64,000 nt of DNA from Psammoneis japonica (taxonomy: Eukaryota). The translations under genes and the position numbers were made by a program. Positions 35,390-49,230 of this stretch are shown piece by piece; the stretch's first letter is position 1, and every line of letters starts with the position of its first letter. The notes below the pieces were generated by a model, which saw only the letters and a program-made list of their open reading frames with translations, did no database searches and was not told the DNA's origin. The stretch is from positions 124,001 through 188,000 of the forward strand of contig QPGO01000017.1 of NCBI GenBank assembly GCA_008632985.1, written 5' to 3'.

Positions 35390-37841
35390 CATACATTCAA
35401 GATTTGCCGCACCGGCAGGTGTGCATGGTCCTGTGTCAAGAGAAGCACAGTGCACGGTGTTGGCTCCGTCTGCTTGCAAAGCGAACAGATGTGGGTTGTC
35501 TTTGCACCACAAACCCTGCAGGCACCCTGCAACAAGCAATTTGCAAGCACTCCACTCTTGGTTTTCCTGCGCTTGTTTGTTGGGGTAAATGAGCGTTGAT
35601 TCCACCCACCGGCAATCCCTCCGCACACCAAAAGGGGTTGAAAGGTTTCTATGAGCGAATGGCCACGAGGCTCAATGAGTCACTCTGCAACCACAGTCAT
35701 CGTCAATTGACTCTTCCAAAAGATGCTCACAGAGCTCCTTTTCACACTCTGTGTGACCGCTCCAGGAGCTCCAGGTGGGACCTCGCAATGCTGAGCTGTG
35801 TGGCGCAATTGTTTTTTGTCAGGCGCAATTGTTTTTTGTCATCCAACGCATGTCTCACATGTGCATTTCCACATGTCCTGTTTTGTGAAGCCAAAAGCTT
35901 TCTGTCATCTGCACTCATGACAACAAAAATGTGCTGGGCACATTCTTTGATGTCTGAAGAATGCACCCAGGCATGCTGCAACGAATGCACTTCATTCAAG
36001 TGTGGAGGAGGAGACACGCTCGCAATCATTGACATGCCCAGAGCTCCCACTCAGAATTCTGTGGGCCCAATGTCACAAAAAGTCCCACCCAGCAGGACTG
36101 GAACCTGTCTGTCACAGATGATGATCATGCCAACAACAGAGAAATTCACATGGTTGGACTGGTCCAGGGTGCCCAACTTCTGTTTGATCTGCAGGTTGTC
36201 TTGCCTGCTCCTGTTGTGCTGATCAATCTTTCCACAAGTGTCACAGCATGTCTCTGCAGCTTTGGATTGGGGGATTTCAAGCTCTTGCCGCTCAGGATCT
36301 GCGCTCATGCTGACTTCCTCAATCTGTCGCCAATGAGTCCTGGAGCATGGCGCTCCTGCATCCAACGACAAAGTGTTGGCAATGAAACACCTTCAATCAC
36401 GATCCATCCAGACAAAGGCAAGTTTGTTTGCACAACCATCTTGCCGCAGTGTGACAACTCCATGGTGTGTTTTGTCCACACTCAGTGAGCTCAATGCTCT
36501 GCAGATGCTGCATGGGAAACTTCCGTGTTGCAGTCTCAACCACACCAATGAACTGCATGCCAATGCGCTCCATTTCTTCTGCAGCACCAAATGATGCAAA
36601 GTGTGAATCTGCGCAGATGATGCAATCTGTTGTCCTCCTGGACACTTGCGTTTTCCACCTCTGCTGTCTCACCAACTTCAGCCTTGGCATCATGCCACTC
36701 TGTCCACACGCAGAATTTTGCATCTCACATCCATTCTCCTGCTTGCGATCAATTGCCACATGCTGTGGGAGGCCAATGTTGGTCAAGCACCCACCAAGAC
36801 CATGCCACTTTGAGGTGGACTTGTCAACCCAAACAGCAGTCGTCAACCAATCTCCAACGGCACTCTTCAGATGACATTGTTTCTGGTTGCTCATTTGGCT
36901 GATGATCACCAAACCAAATTGAAGCATGCAAGGCATCAAATCTGTTTTGAGACATGCCGGTCTGTCCAAATGCCGGTGCCCCGAACGACACTTTGATGGG
37001 ATGGTTGTTGCCCAGAGAACCACTCTTGAATTGAGCTCAAACTTGGTTGCTGGGATGCAAACCCAAAAAAACTTGAGCAACTCAGACAAGTTTGTGTCAG
37101 CTGCTTGCCTCTTCCTCAGTTGCTGGTTGGCAAGAACAGTGATGGCATTGAGGTGGTCGGGTGGGAACATCATCACAAAAAAATCCAATCGGGAAAAACA
37201 CCCCACGCGGTCTCGACTGTTTGGTCCCAACCATTCTTCCAAACCAGTTTTCACCATCCATTGTCTGGCTGGCACTGGACCATTGACAGTGCACCCATGT
37301 GCACATCCTGCTTCTGCGTGCCATGGTGCTCCATGCGCAGCAGTGACAGGTTGCTCCCTTGTCTTGGGAGTCGCGCCGCTGCTGCTGGCACTGCTGGTGT
37401 TGTCGTTGCCCACGTCAGGAGGAGCATTTGTTGCATCCTGAGGAGCCTGGGGTGCTGGTTGACTGTTGTTGGAGGAGGGAGCATTGGAATTTGCTGCTGG
37501 GTTGTTGCTTGTTGCCACTGCGCTGGTGTGGCAGCAGCGGCCTGCTGCGTTGGTTGTGGAGGGGGTGGGTCACCGGGCATCACGTTGCAGCTGTTGAGAT
37601 CCTTCCTTTTTAAGGCATCACCACCAAGCTCATGCACCACAGTGACAAACCATGCACATCTTCCATTTGGATTGGAAGTTTGGGCCTTCAATTCTGCATG
37701 AACGACTGTCCCACTGACCTGTTTCATCTTCTTGTTGGAGCCATGCCTTCGGGTGCACTCAGCCTTGCTTGTCACATGAACGGTGTTGACGTGGACTCGA
37801 GCACCAACTTGATGCCTTGGATCTGGTGCCATGGTTGCCAT
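35390..37841 (-). mobile_element. Degenerate piggyBac-family transposase gene (stramenopile type), interrupted at ~35625-36120
   Basis: N-terminal VGARVH...AECTRRHGSN; core FFVMMFP, ELLKFF, WVDKSTSKWHGLGG, GLPQHVAIDRKQENGCEMQNSACG, ADSHFAS, FIGVV, IDQHNRSRQDNL; C-terminal QGACRVCGAKTTHICSLC cysteine-rich domain. Frameshifted. Confidence 0.85.
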
Positions 37842-39919
37842 GAGGAGGTTGTGTCATGATGGTTGTCAAAGAACGTTGGCAACTGCATTGTTGTTCGTCT
37901 CCAAACATCGATCGACTTTTCATCATCATCGATTGAGCGCAAAAACTCAACGCGCATGAAAAATTTGTTGCCTCTGTTGAGATGCCATCTGTTGAAGCCA
38001 TTGGACATCATGTGGAACCGCCAATTTTGGTCTTAAGAGGTTCAAGAGCATGAAGAACAGCGCAGCTGTGCAGTTTGACATTGCTGGTGTGTTTTGAGAT
38101 TTAGTGAGGGGGGTCAAAAAATTGCCTCAATTGAGGTTTTTACCTCAACTGAGGTCCTTGGTAGACTGGACACTAGCTGGCTCCAGAGCAGCAGAGGCAG
38201 AGAGGGAACAAGTCTCCAGCCGCCAGCTGCTGGCTGAAAAAAGTCTGCTCGTCAGTGCGTTTGGGGGTTTTGCAAGGCAGACTCTGCTGCCAGGGTGGTG
38301 TCATGCATTGCATTGAAACATGTTTTGGTTCTTCTCTTTGCATTGCCCTTTTGTTGCTCTGGCTCCTGTTCAGTTTGTCCCAAGCAACATTTTGTCATGG
38401 CAGAGCAACAATTTTTGCTGTGCTCAGCCACAAAATGGGCAGCATCACTTTCGTCGGAGCAACATCATTTGTTCAACACAATGACATTTTTGCATTTCCC
38501 CCCTTTGGTGTCCCTCCTTGACTCTGCCACGTGTGGGTTCTACGTGGATTGGATGCCTGATCAATGATTTCCTGATCCCACATGTCTGCACGCGTTTTTC
38601 TACAGTGTTTGCTTCAACAGACCAGTTCAACCAAAAGACCACAATCCAAAGACACATTTGTGCATTTGTTCAATTGGTTCACAATTTTTGATGCTTGCGT
38701 GGACCCCACGTGACTGTGTGCGTGATCAGGGAAAAAAGGATCCATTGAATCCACGCGTGTGTCTTTTTCACTGCCATGGAGTCCTGCCATTTTGGACGCC
38801 TCTTCCAGCAATGCACCATGGCCAATTCTGTTGCTTTCCAGCATCTCCGTTGCTGTGGGTCTGTGGCCACAGAGTCTGGTTGTCCTTGGAAGAAGGATGC
38901 CAGCTGCAAATGGTCTGTGAGTGACAGGAATCCCCACCTGTCTGATTTTCTTGTTTCAACCAAGTTGGGGCTGGAAGCTGTTGCTTCTAAATGCAACTTT
39001 TCCCTGCACCCATCTGATTTGGAGTGGCTTGACTGAGACTTTCAGATGTTCGTGACCCCACATCTGCTCATGCCAACAAGCACTGCAGAAGCAGAGTCCA
39101 CTCTGGCAAGTCCTTGGAAGAGCTCAATTCTGAGCTTGCTGCAGACAAGAAGCCTTGGAGACTTTGTGCTTCTCCCAGGTTTGCTTCCTCTGTTTCCCCA
39201 GCTGCTGAGGAGAATTGTGAGATGTGGTGCAAGAAGCTGTGGCATTTTCTTGCCATGATTGGTGATTGTGAATCCATGGTCATGCTCTTGCCTCATCCAC
39301 CAGCAGGCTCCAAGTGCCCAACTGTTGCACAGCAGTCCCTTCAGCATTTTGTGGTTCATCATTGCAGGGCCTTCAATCAACCATTGAAGTCTTCCTTTGT
39401 TGATTCTGTTGCCTCTGACCCTGTTTTGGACATCTTTGGCAACAACATCAGATGTGAAGGTTGCGTCAACAACACCAAGGGATTTGCCAACATTTGTGCC
39501 ACCTTGACAGTTCTTGGTGGCAAGCTGGGCACAAATGGCAACTGCAGAGAGCAGCATCAAGACTGTTCGCAAAGGTGTTGTCTGACCCAAAAACCAGAAG
39601 TTGGCTCAGCAGGAACTGTTTGAGATTTTTCAACTGCTTTGTTTCATGCCACAACCTTTCCATTGAAAGCCTTCTGTCATCACACACCTGTGTCACAGGC
39701 AGCAAGTTTCATTGTGACTCTTGCAATGCCAGGTCCCCATCATCAAAACACTGGTGAGTCTGAGTGGCCAACAGACTTTTTGTTTCCCTTTCATTTTTAG
39801 CCAAAATTCAGCTTTCTGCATTGCCATCTTGTCCCACAATTGCTGCACTTGCAATGCCAATCCTCCATTTCTGACACAGCTGCCCCTTGTCCCACTGAAA
39901 ATGCAGGGGTCAGCACAGC

Positions 39920-40760
39920 AGCAGCCACACACCCACAGATGGATGGGGTTTGCTTCTGGACTGGCTCTGGTAGAGTGTTGCATTGTGAAGGCCATGGGCA
40001 ACTCTGTTGGGTGCCAGGGGACACAGCAGGGACAATGGCAGGGCATTGGAGCACTTTTGTTGTGTTGATGTGGCCCCATGTCAGCCTGCAAAAACAGGTC
40101 TTGCCACACCAGCCACACCCACAGAGTGAGTGGATCTGCTTTTTGACTGGCTCAAGTGCAAGGTTGTCTTGTGATGGACATGGGCAACTCCCTTGGGTGC
40201 CAGGGAACCCAGCCAGGACAATGGATGGGTGTTGGAGCACTGGTGTTGTGTTGACGTGGCCACTTGTTGCCCTGAAAAAACAGGCCTCACACCACACCAG
40301 CCAGACCAGCAGAGTGAGATGATGTGCTTTTGGACTGACTCAAGTGCAAGGTGGTCTTGTGATGGACATGGGCAACTCTCTTGGGTGCCAGGGGACCCAC
40401 TTGGGACAATGGATGGGCGTTGGAGCACTGATGTTGTGTTGATGTGGCCACTTGTTAACCTGAGAAATGATGTCTTGCACAGTCTCACTGTCTCACCACA
40501 CCAGCCCAACCACCAGCAGAGTGAGATGATGTGCTTTTGGACTGACTCAAGTGCAAGGTTGTCTTTTGAAGGACATGGTCAACTCCCTTGGGTGCCAGGG
40601 GACCCAGCAAGGACAATGGATGGGCATTGCATCGCTGGTGTCATGTCGATGGGGCCACATGCCAGCCTGAAAAAACAGGGCTCACCACACCAGCCACACC
40701 CGCAGATGCACTGGGTGTTCTTTTGGACCAGTTGAAGTGCAATTTTGTCTTGTGATGGTC
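39920..40760. repeat. Tandem repeat, ~186-207-bp unit, about 4.5 copies
   Basis: catgg(g/t)caactc...ttgggtgccaggg(g/a)ac recurs at ~39994, 40179, 40367, 40574. Confidence 0.9.
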
Positions 40761-42198
40761 TGGGAGCAAGAAAGATTCTGTGTTGCAAGGGAAAAGCTGG
40801 CCTTGCAATTCAACATTGCTTTAGAATCTTCAGCGATGCACATGAAAAAAAAGAAAGCTGAGATCAATTTTCTAGCCCCAACGATGGGAAAGCAACGGTC
40901 ACCTGTGATTCCTCATCATTGAAGTCATCATGGCAATGGCCTGAAGCATCTTCAGGCTGAAAAACAAAGCCAACATTTGTCTCCATCAACTTCAAGTTTC
41001 TTGCACATTCCAAATGCTCATGGAGGCATCGCAAATGCTCAGATGAGTGGTGCCCAATCTCAAGATTTGGTTGGACATCTTTTTTGCTGTGATCCCTCCT
41101 GTTGTTGTCATGACCAGACAACACCTCTTCACCCTGTTCTGGCAAGTCATCTTCATTGCTGTCACTGTCATTTTTCAAAGTGCCACAAAGAACTTCATTT
41201 GGCCCCAACCTTTCCTCTGCCATGTTGCAAAAACTGTCAACCCACTTGGTGTTCATCAAAAAATGCCCGGGTCTCAACAACTTCACAACAACAGCTGCTT
41301 CTTTCTCTCAGTGTCAATGTCCTGTGACTTCTGGGCAACACATGCAGCACAGATCAACTCAAACAGGTTGTCAATCACCCAATTAGAGTTTGCCAACACT
41401 CCAAGATTCACGTGCACTTTGTTGCACATTTGCTCACCACAGCTGCCTCTTGCTGAAACAAACATTTTGGCAACTTCAAGATTGAAACATTCCTCCAAAA
41501 AATTTGGTCCATTGGAGAAAGGCTTGTTGGCCTTTGCATGCAGGTTCACCTCAAGGTGTTCTGTTCTTGCCTTGAACCCTTCAAGAACCATCTTGCAGTG
41601 TGTCAACAAGGGCGAGTTTCTCACAAGTCCCAAACTTTGCATGGCAAGGGAATCATCAAAAGGCAGCTTGCAAACAACAGGTGAATTAAAGGCTGCATCT
41701 TTGAGCAATTCATCAGAAACTCATGCATCCCAAACACCTTTTCAAGAATGGCTTCAGGGACATCTTCCAGCTCCCTTTTCATGTGGGCTTCAATTTGGAG
41801 GATTTTAACACCAGATGTGCTTTTTCAAAACAACTTTGGCTGAGTTGACAAGCAGAGACCAGATTGCCCACCTCTGCAACAGATGTTGTTTCCTCCCAGT
41901 GCAGTTGCAGGCAGTCTTGACAACACTTTGGCTGGAATGTTTTGACTTGTTGCACCTCCTTCTTGAGCCAGACAATGCTGATTCAGGTTCTGACTCAGCA
42001 CAGAAAATGCAGTCATTGTGGGTCAGTCACAGGATGCAGGTGCCACTGCGAGATCAGGAATGACCGGATCCAGCATGAAGTGCACAGCCAGTCCAGCGAA
42101 TGAGTCATTTTTTGGGGAAAATGCGCGGTCCCACCAAAAGATCAGGAATGACCTGATCTGGCACATTTTGCACAGAGATTTCAACAGTCAAAGTCACA

Positions 42199-44186
42199 TT
42201 GCAAATGACTTTCAAGTGTGGGATCTACGCACGCTGCAGCAGGGCCCTGCCCAATCTGGCGCCTGCAGTCAGAAAAAAAAAAACAATCACACAACAAGTG
42301 CATGAGTTGCAACAAGAAATTGATTCAATTGCTGAGCTGAAAAGTGTGGCAATGTCAGCAAATGATGCTGTTCCTCCTGCAGGTGGGCTGGGTGGGATGA
42401 AAAACAATTTTGGTGAGCATGAGTCACAACCAGAAGAGGCTGCTGAGCCAGGGTTTGGATTTGCCAGGGTGCCAAGTGAGAGTGAGCAAGAGGAGGAGGA
42501 GGAGGAGGAGGAGGTGGTGGTGGAGGAGATGGATGAGGAGGAGGACATGGAGAAGCAGGAGGAAGAGGAGGAGAAGGAGGAGGTCCAAGATCTGCCACCA
42601 TTGCATGATGCAACATTGACCCAGCTTGGAGGATCCATTTTTGGAGATGGAGTTTGCCCAAAAGGTGTTGTCATGGATGCAAAGAGCAAATGCAAAAACA
42701 AGACTGAGGGCAGGTGCATTTGCCAAGAGGCTGTTAAGAGTGTCTGCAAAACTTTGGGAGAGTGTGTGTGCAAATCACAAGTTGCAAATGACTTCAAGAC
42801 AAAGCACAAAAAATGCAAACAGGACAGCAAGGGGGTTCTCACAGAGTGGGTTGCTCCAAGGCCCAAGTGCAAGGACAACACTTCTGTGATTTTTGTTTGT
42901 GCAAAGTGCTGGGAGGAGAGAAAAGAGGTTGAGTTTGTTGCAATTGGGAGATGCAGTCACAAACCAGGCAAAGTGGGAATTGAAGCGAGGCAAGTTTTCC
43001 ACCATGATGAGTGCTGCTGCAAACCATTTGAGGAAAGCTGCTCAATGAGAAACCATGGGCATGAAGTTCTGAAGTGCGACAAGGAAGAGATTCCAAGGAC
43101 AACCCATGATGCGATGGTGAACAGAACAGAAGGACATGAAGCTGGAAGAGAGGTGCCACCAGGCAATCACATCAACTTTGGGAAAAAGGTGAAGGCTCTG
43201 GACAACAGAAGTTGTGAGTTTTTGCCCTCCTCCAAATGTGAAGAGGTGGACAAGTGGGAGCACTGGAGGGCCATGCTCAGATTCCAGCTCCACATGTCCA
43301 ACTCCTTGAGCATGAGTGAGGAGCTGGCTCCTTTTGTGTTGGACAAGGAATTGTTCCAGGAGAAGCTGCTGCAGGAAGGCCAATTTTCCATTGCCATGAT
43401 TGAGAGATGTGAGGTGAGACCCAAGAACCACCACTTGAAGATTGCTGGTGTGTCTGCTCTTTTTGGAGGACACTCATTGCTGCCAGAAAGAGAGAAATGT
43501 GTCCACCAGTTGACACACAAGGATGCACCCAAGTTTGAGGAATTCATTGAGTCAACTCATTGCAAGGAATCATGGGAAGGAAGGTGGAGAGGTTCATTCC
43601 TTCTTCTTTCCTAATCCCCTTGCATGGATTCAGGAGGCTCTTCATTGTGAATGATCTTTGGTTTGTTCAGGTCAATGCAGGCAGTGAGTGCATCATTTTC
43701 CAGGGCACAACCAAACATGGTGGAGAGACCTGGAGCATGCACAAGGACAAGTCATGGAGGACAAGCATCCATGGGCATGTGGACCACATGCCCACATGTG
43801 ATGCTGATTGCAGAATTGACCACTCAAACATCAGTGTGGATCAAAGCCATGAGGGCTTGCACATGTCAGCAAAGCACCTGGCAACCTTTGCAGGAGAGGA
43901 TGTGACCAGAGAGGTGGGGCACGTTGGTGAGGAATTCACAGACATTTGCAAAAATGCACAGCTCAAGGATGTTCAGAACTTTGGATTGAGGCACCAGATG
44001 ACAAGGAACTGGGTGATGGAGCAACAAAAGGCAGATGATTTGGAGAAACAACTCAAGAAACAAGGCAAGGTGAAATTTGATGAAATGTTGAATGCTTGTG
44101 TGGTGATGCAGCATGTGGTGGGCAAAATGATGAAGGAGAGGGGAAAAGGAGATGCGTTGACAATGTGGGGTCAACAAGGAAGTTGA
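42199..44186 (+). pseudogene. Relic gene: acidic N-terminus, Cys/Lys-rich middle, possible 2OG-Fe(II) dioxygenase-like domain
   Basis: Protein-like 471-aa and 208-aa overlapping ORFs with a poly-Glu tract and no Tyr after the first few residues. Motif order HQLTHKD ... SSFLIPL ... IIFQGTTKHGG ... WRTSIH. Confidence 0.45.
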
Positions 44187-47100
44187 GTGGACAGCCAATG
44201 CAAAAGTTGGAGATTCTGGTGAGGGAAACAAACAAGTTGAGCAAACAGATGAGTGAAGAGGAGCAGCTGCAGCTTGCAAAGAGCAGTCAGCAGAGGCAGG
44301 AGGAGGAGGCTTTGGTTGATGTGATTGAGAAGCTTAAAGGAAGTGACAGTGCAGAAGAGGTGGCAGCAGCAGTTGACAAAGTGACAGGTTCCAAAGAGGG
44401 CAAATCAATGTAGAAGGAGAGCAAGGAGTCAAGCCATGAGAATGCCACCAGGAGAAAGAAAAGACCAAGAAGAAATTGAACAAAAACACAGGTTAAATTA
44501 AAAAGAGTTAGGATCCTAGAAACTACAAAGTTGTTGTGATCAACAGCTCAGAGAGGAGAAGGAAACTGTTGGTCTGTGCTGCAAAGCTTGGAGCAAGGCA
44601 GCCATGTCAGCCAATGGAAGTGTGTTTGCAGTGCTGACAAATTGAATCCCAAAGGGTCCAGATTCTTGAACAACACCCAGAAAGTCAGCCAAGAGGGGGA
44701 TGCCACCAGGAACAAAGCCACCTCCACACTCAAACTTGAGCATGTGATCAAAAGAGATCAGTGGGAGACAAGAGTGGACAGAGTCCATGCAGTTGCAGTC
44801 ATCCTTGAATGTCAGGCACAAGCCCCCACAATCTTCATCCAACATGCCCACCCTGGGAAAAACTGAAAGAGCTTGAAACAAAACTTGAGTGGCTTGTGAG
44901 GCAGACACAAGCTGCCCAAGATGAGCTCAATCTTTTTGCAGAGGGGGTCTGCAAGTGACAGATTCTGAAGGGCCCTCTCAAACACCTCCACAGAGAACAT
45001 TTCTGCCATGGGGTTGCTGAGGGGGGCACCATGAGTGGGAGACTCAACCACCAAAAGCAGATGCTCTTGAGGGTCTCTGCTGCTGCCCTCCTCTGAGGCA
45101 TTCTGTCTGCCACAAACCAGCTGGCAGAGGCCAAATGCAGGACCAAACCTCAAAGGACAAACAGAATGACAATGAGAAGAGTCTCCAGGGGTGAAGGCAC
45201 AATTGACAAGGGTGCTCCATGCCTCCCCAGGGAGTTGCTCATGTTGCTGCCAAGACTGGGCAGGACTTGGGTCCACACAAAATCAGCAACTTCAGACCAA
45301 TCCAGAAAGCAGCCTCTTGGGTGGCTGTGCACAATGGTCATGGCAAAGGGTGTGGGAGGGAGGGAGGGAGGGAGGGAGCTGAAACAGAAATCAAGGAAAG
45401 GAATGCAATGACAATGGGCTGGCACGGTGAGCTGCTTTGTGTCAGTGGCATTGTGTGGCTGTTGGGATTCAAAGCATGCAAATGAGTCGTTGCTGCTAAA
45501 TGACACATGGAAACATAAATGGATGAACATGACAGTTCACGAAAAGTGCAACATTGAAAAACATTGTGTCATTGATGATTGCAGAAACAACAAAGAGGGA
45601 CATTTTGTCACACAGTGGTGCGCACGTGCTTTCTGCACTGGATCAGCAAATTGTTGATCTGGCACAGCTTCAATGGCATGCTTTTTTTTTTTTGTGGGAT
45701 TGAAACAAATCAAAGCATTCATTGCATCAATGTTTGACACTTGAGGGGCGATTCGCGCAGCAGAAAGCATGCGTGCGAGTTTCCGGATCAGCAAATTCCT
45801 GATCTCACACTGTTGGAAATTTTGGTGAATCTTCCACCCATGCACTCTACATTGCTGCACAGGAACTGTGGTGGGAAATGAGTCTTGCAAGGCACACAGG
45901 ACATTGTGTGTTGTTAGGAAGTCTGAGCTCAACAAGCAAATGGGTGGAGCAACAGGTGAGCAACATTTCATTGCTCAGCAACTGTCTGTGCAACATTTTC
46001 CTGGCACGCACCTGCATGCACGAAGCTGTCCTAGCCACTGCAGGGCCCCAAAAGGGTTTGGATGAGCACACGCAAATGTGAAGTGGTCAGCCCCGCCTGC
46101 TCATGACTCAGCACTTTGCTGCAGTGAAAATTGAGCACGGCAGGAATCAGATGATTGCAAAAACAGTCAGATGACTTCTGCTGACAACAATGTAAACTGC
46201 ACCTGATGCACATTCTGTGTTCTTGAGTGCATGAACCAACCATTTGAAGCATCAGCCCCACATGCAGTTGCTTTGCTGAACTTCACCAAAATGACCCTGC
46301 TTGTTTTTCAGGAGCTCTAATTTGCACAGAAGCCACATGCTGGTTTCTGTGCATTTGCGCAGATTTTGTGCTGGCTGCATCACAGGGGGGTGTTGTTCGC
46401 TGGCCCTGATGAACTCTTTCTCTGACATGAAACATTTTTCATGATGGCTGGCACATGACTGCCGGCTCAGTGGACAAGTTTCAAGTGGTGCAAACACGCA
46501 GATCCCATCTCCAATTTATGGCACTCAGATTTGTTTGGTGCAAATCTGCACAGCATTTTGTGCGGGGTGCATGCCAACGGTCTGTCAATGGCAGCGAAGT
46601 TTTTTTTTTTGCTGTTCAAAAATCTTGATGCTGAAAACACTTGTCAAACATTGGCTTTCGTCACTCACTAGAAAACACCCAGTTCTGGTGAGTGACGAAA
46701 GCCGATTTTTGATGTCATCCAATGTGAAAGCTCCAGAACAAGAGCAAAGCATGGAAACAAGGTGTCCCACAAGCAATTTGTGCAGCATGCAAACCTGTGT
46801 GAGATTTCTGAACCCCGGTTTAAATGTCACATTTATGATGTGATCAACACTTGGAAGACAAATGCAACAGTTGTTTTCACTTGAACAAATGCCAAATTTT
46901 CAACAACAAACACTTGCTTTGCGCTCACTCTGACTGACACAACATGTGTTTGACCTTGTCCAGCTCGTCACGAGCTTTTGATTGACATGTGGGTTGTGGG
47001 GTCTGAGAGGTCATCCTAAAAAAACTTCTCAACCATTGACAGACTGTCGGCAAGCAGGGATGACACCAAGCACTGCATTGCACACAAAGCCATGGTGCTC

Positions 47101-48691
47101 CGCACAATTCGTCTTTTGTTCAGACAAGCTTCCAATGTTTGTCAAAGCAAGCTGGAAGCACAAAATTTGCAACTCGAGTCAGTCTTTGTGCAAGTGGTTG
47201 AGAATGGTCTTGCATCAAAGAAAAAGACAAATCAAAGCATTGTGGTGTGTCATTTTTTGAATTTGTTGCAATCACATTGCAACAACCATTTAGAGTTGGG
47301 GCTTCAATCCTTGAGAACAGTCTTGGATGCTCGGCACCAGATGTCAGCACTGTTGCACATTGTGATGCAGCAGCAAGCAGGAGTGCCCCATTCTTCCTTG
47401 TGCTGCGGGGCAAGCGCCTTTCATTTGACTCTGTCCTTTGAGCACAACCAACAACCAGCTGTTCTGGGTCACTCAAACAAAGAGAAATTGTGTCGGTCCA
47501 ACTTCCAACTGTGCTGTCGTCAACTCGTCCAGGGTCTTTTTCTGTTTCTTTGTTGGCGCAGTCGGGTTGCCGACATTTTCAAAAAAGATCCTGTGACATG
47601 GCTTCTTCTCACAGAGCAGTGATCCACTTTTGCTTCTCCTCCTCACACGCTGCCCTCATTGTAAAGTGGAAGTCTGGATTTGCAACTTGAAACATGAAGG
47701 GGAGCACCCGATTGCCTGGGATCCAGTTGAGTTAAAGAGCAAAGTGAAGGAACTGTTCAGAAATGACTGAAGCCAACCACTCCAAGATGGTGTCGTCCCA
47801 ATCAGCTTTTAGATGGACAATCATGTGAGCCAATGGTGAGTGAAACTCAACTCCATCAAAGACTTCTCGGGATGCAGCAAACTTGGCAATGAAGGGAGCC
47901 ATGAACTCAATGACTTTGGGGTGGCCACAAAACTGCCAGATGAGCACAACAGCCTTTTCCATGTGAACCTTTCCTTGATTGTCACGGTCAAACACATCAT
48001 CAACAAGTCCAGTGAATAAAACGGATGTGGGCAAGCACTTGAGTGAGGAACAGGCTTAGGATGTGTGCAGAGCCGTGCCCGCATCAAATCTGCGTGAAAA
48101 CAGATTTGTGCTTCGATCCCTGCTCCATTGACTCTGACCCGCATGTCACTTGTGTTGACATTGCAATGCCTTTGAAGCATGTGAGCATTGTGCTGTTGTC
48201 TCTTGCAGCTGCAAGAGGTGCTGAACCAAAGCTTCCTCAAAAAGCAACGTGCCGGTGGAGTGGCAGTTTTGTTTGCAACTTGTCACTTCAAGAGCAGCAT
48301 CCAACGTTGCAACAAGATTTTAGGGCAGTTGTCAGCACAGTGCAAACTGTTCCACTTCAAGTTTTGGATTTTGCAAATTGTCACACACACCGACAGTGAG
48401 TCAATTCAATCAATCGCCAGAGACAGAACATGATGATTCTGAAAGATGCCAGGTGCTCCTCCCCCTGTGGTTCATTCATTAAGTTGATGCAAGCTGGCAG
48501 ACATCAATTTAGATGAACCATTGCACCATTGAAGCACCCCCAAAATCAATTCATGCATTGTCTTGATTTCTGATCAGATCTGGCAGTTCATGGAGGGCAG
48601 AGTGAAGCATGTTGCAGCTCGAAGCATCTCCTGTGTTCTGGCAGATGCATCCAAGTGCATGGGTCCACACATGGGGACGCACATTGTGCTT

Positions 48692-49230
48692 TCAACACAG
48701 CTCCTTTGCATGACATTCTAGAAGCAGAAGAACTGTTGCTTCATTGCCTCTATTTGTTGCATGGTGAAGGGCTGTTTTGCCATGCTCACAAGTGTGGCTG
48801 GGGCTGGCGCCGTGCTTCAACAGAGTTTGTGCCCCCTCTTCATCATGAGACTCAATGACACAAACCAAAGGTGTGATGCCACATTCCCCTGTCAAGTCAA
48901 CTGCCTCAGGATTGAGTTTTAGAAGCTCAGCCAAAACCTTTGTCCAGTCTTTGTTCTGAGCTGACAAGTGGAGAGCCATCGTTCCATGCCACAAGTGTGG
49001 GGCCCCAATCTCAGCTCCATGCTCCAGCAACAGTCAAGTCACTTTGTTGTCCCCACTCACAATGGAGTGCTGCAATGCGTTGACCCATCAGCTTCATGGG
49101 CATTCACGTGTTGGGTGGCACCCAGGGACCACACCCCAAAAACAGACTGCTCACTCCCTGTGGCATGCAGAGCCACTCACCAGCGGTGTCCATCCCCCCA
49201 AGGGGGGGCATTTGACAGCTTCTAAGATGT
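48692..49230 (-). pseudogene. Ankyrin-repeat gene relic
   Basis: GWTPL, LLEHGAEI...GTMALHLSA, GITPLVC...LLKHGA, GKTALHHATNRGNEATVLLLL. Confidence 0.8.

Noticed and set aside
38020..38180. piggyBac TIR/TTAA terminus near the cctcaattgagg palindromes
   Set aside because: I could not find a matching inverted copy at the other end (~35200-35400), so element ends are not called.
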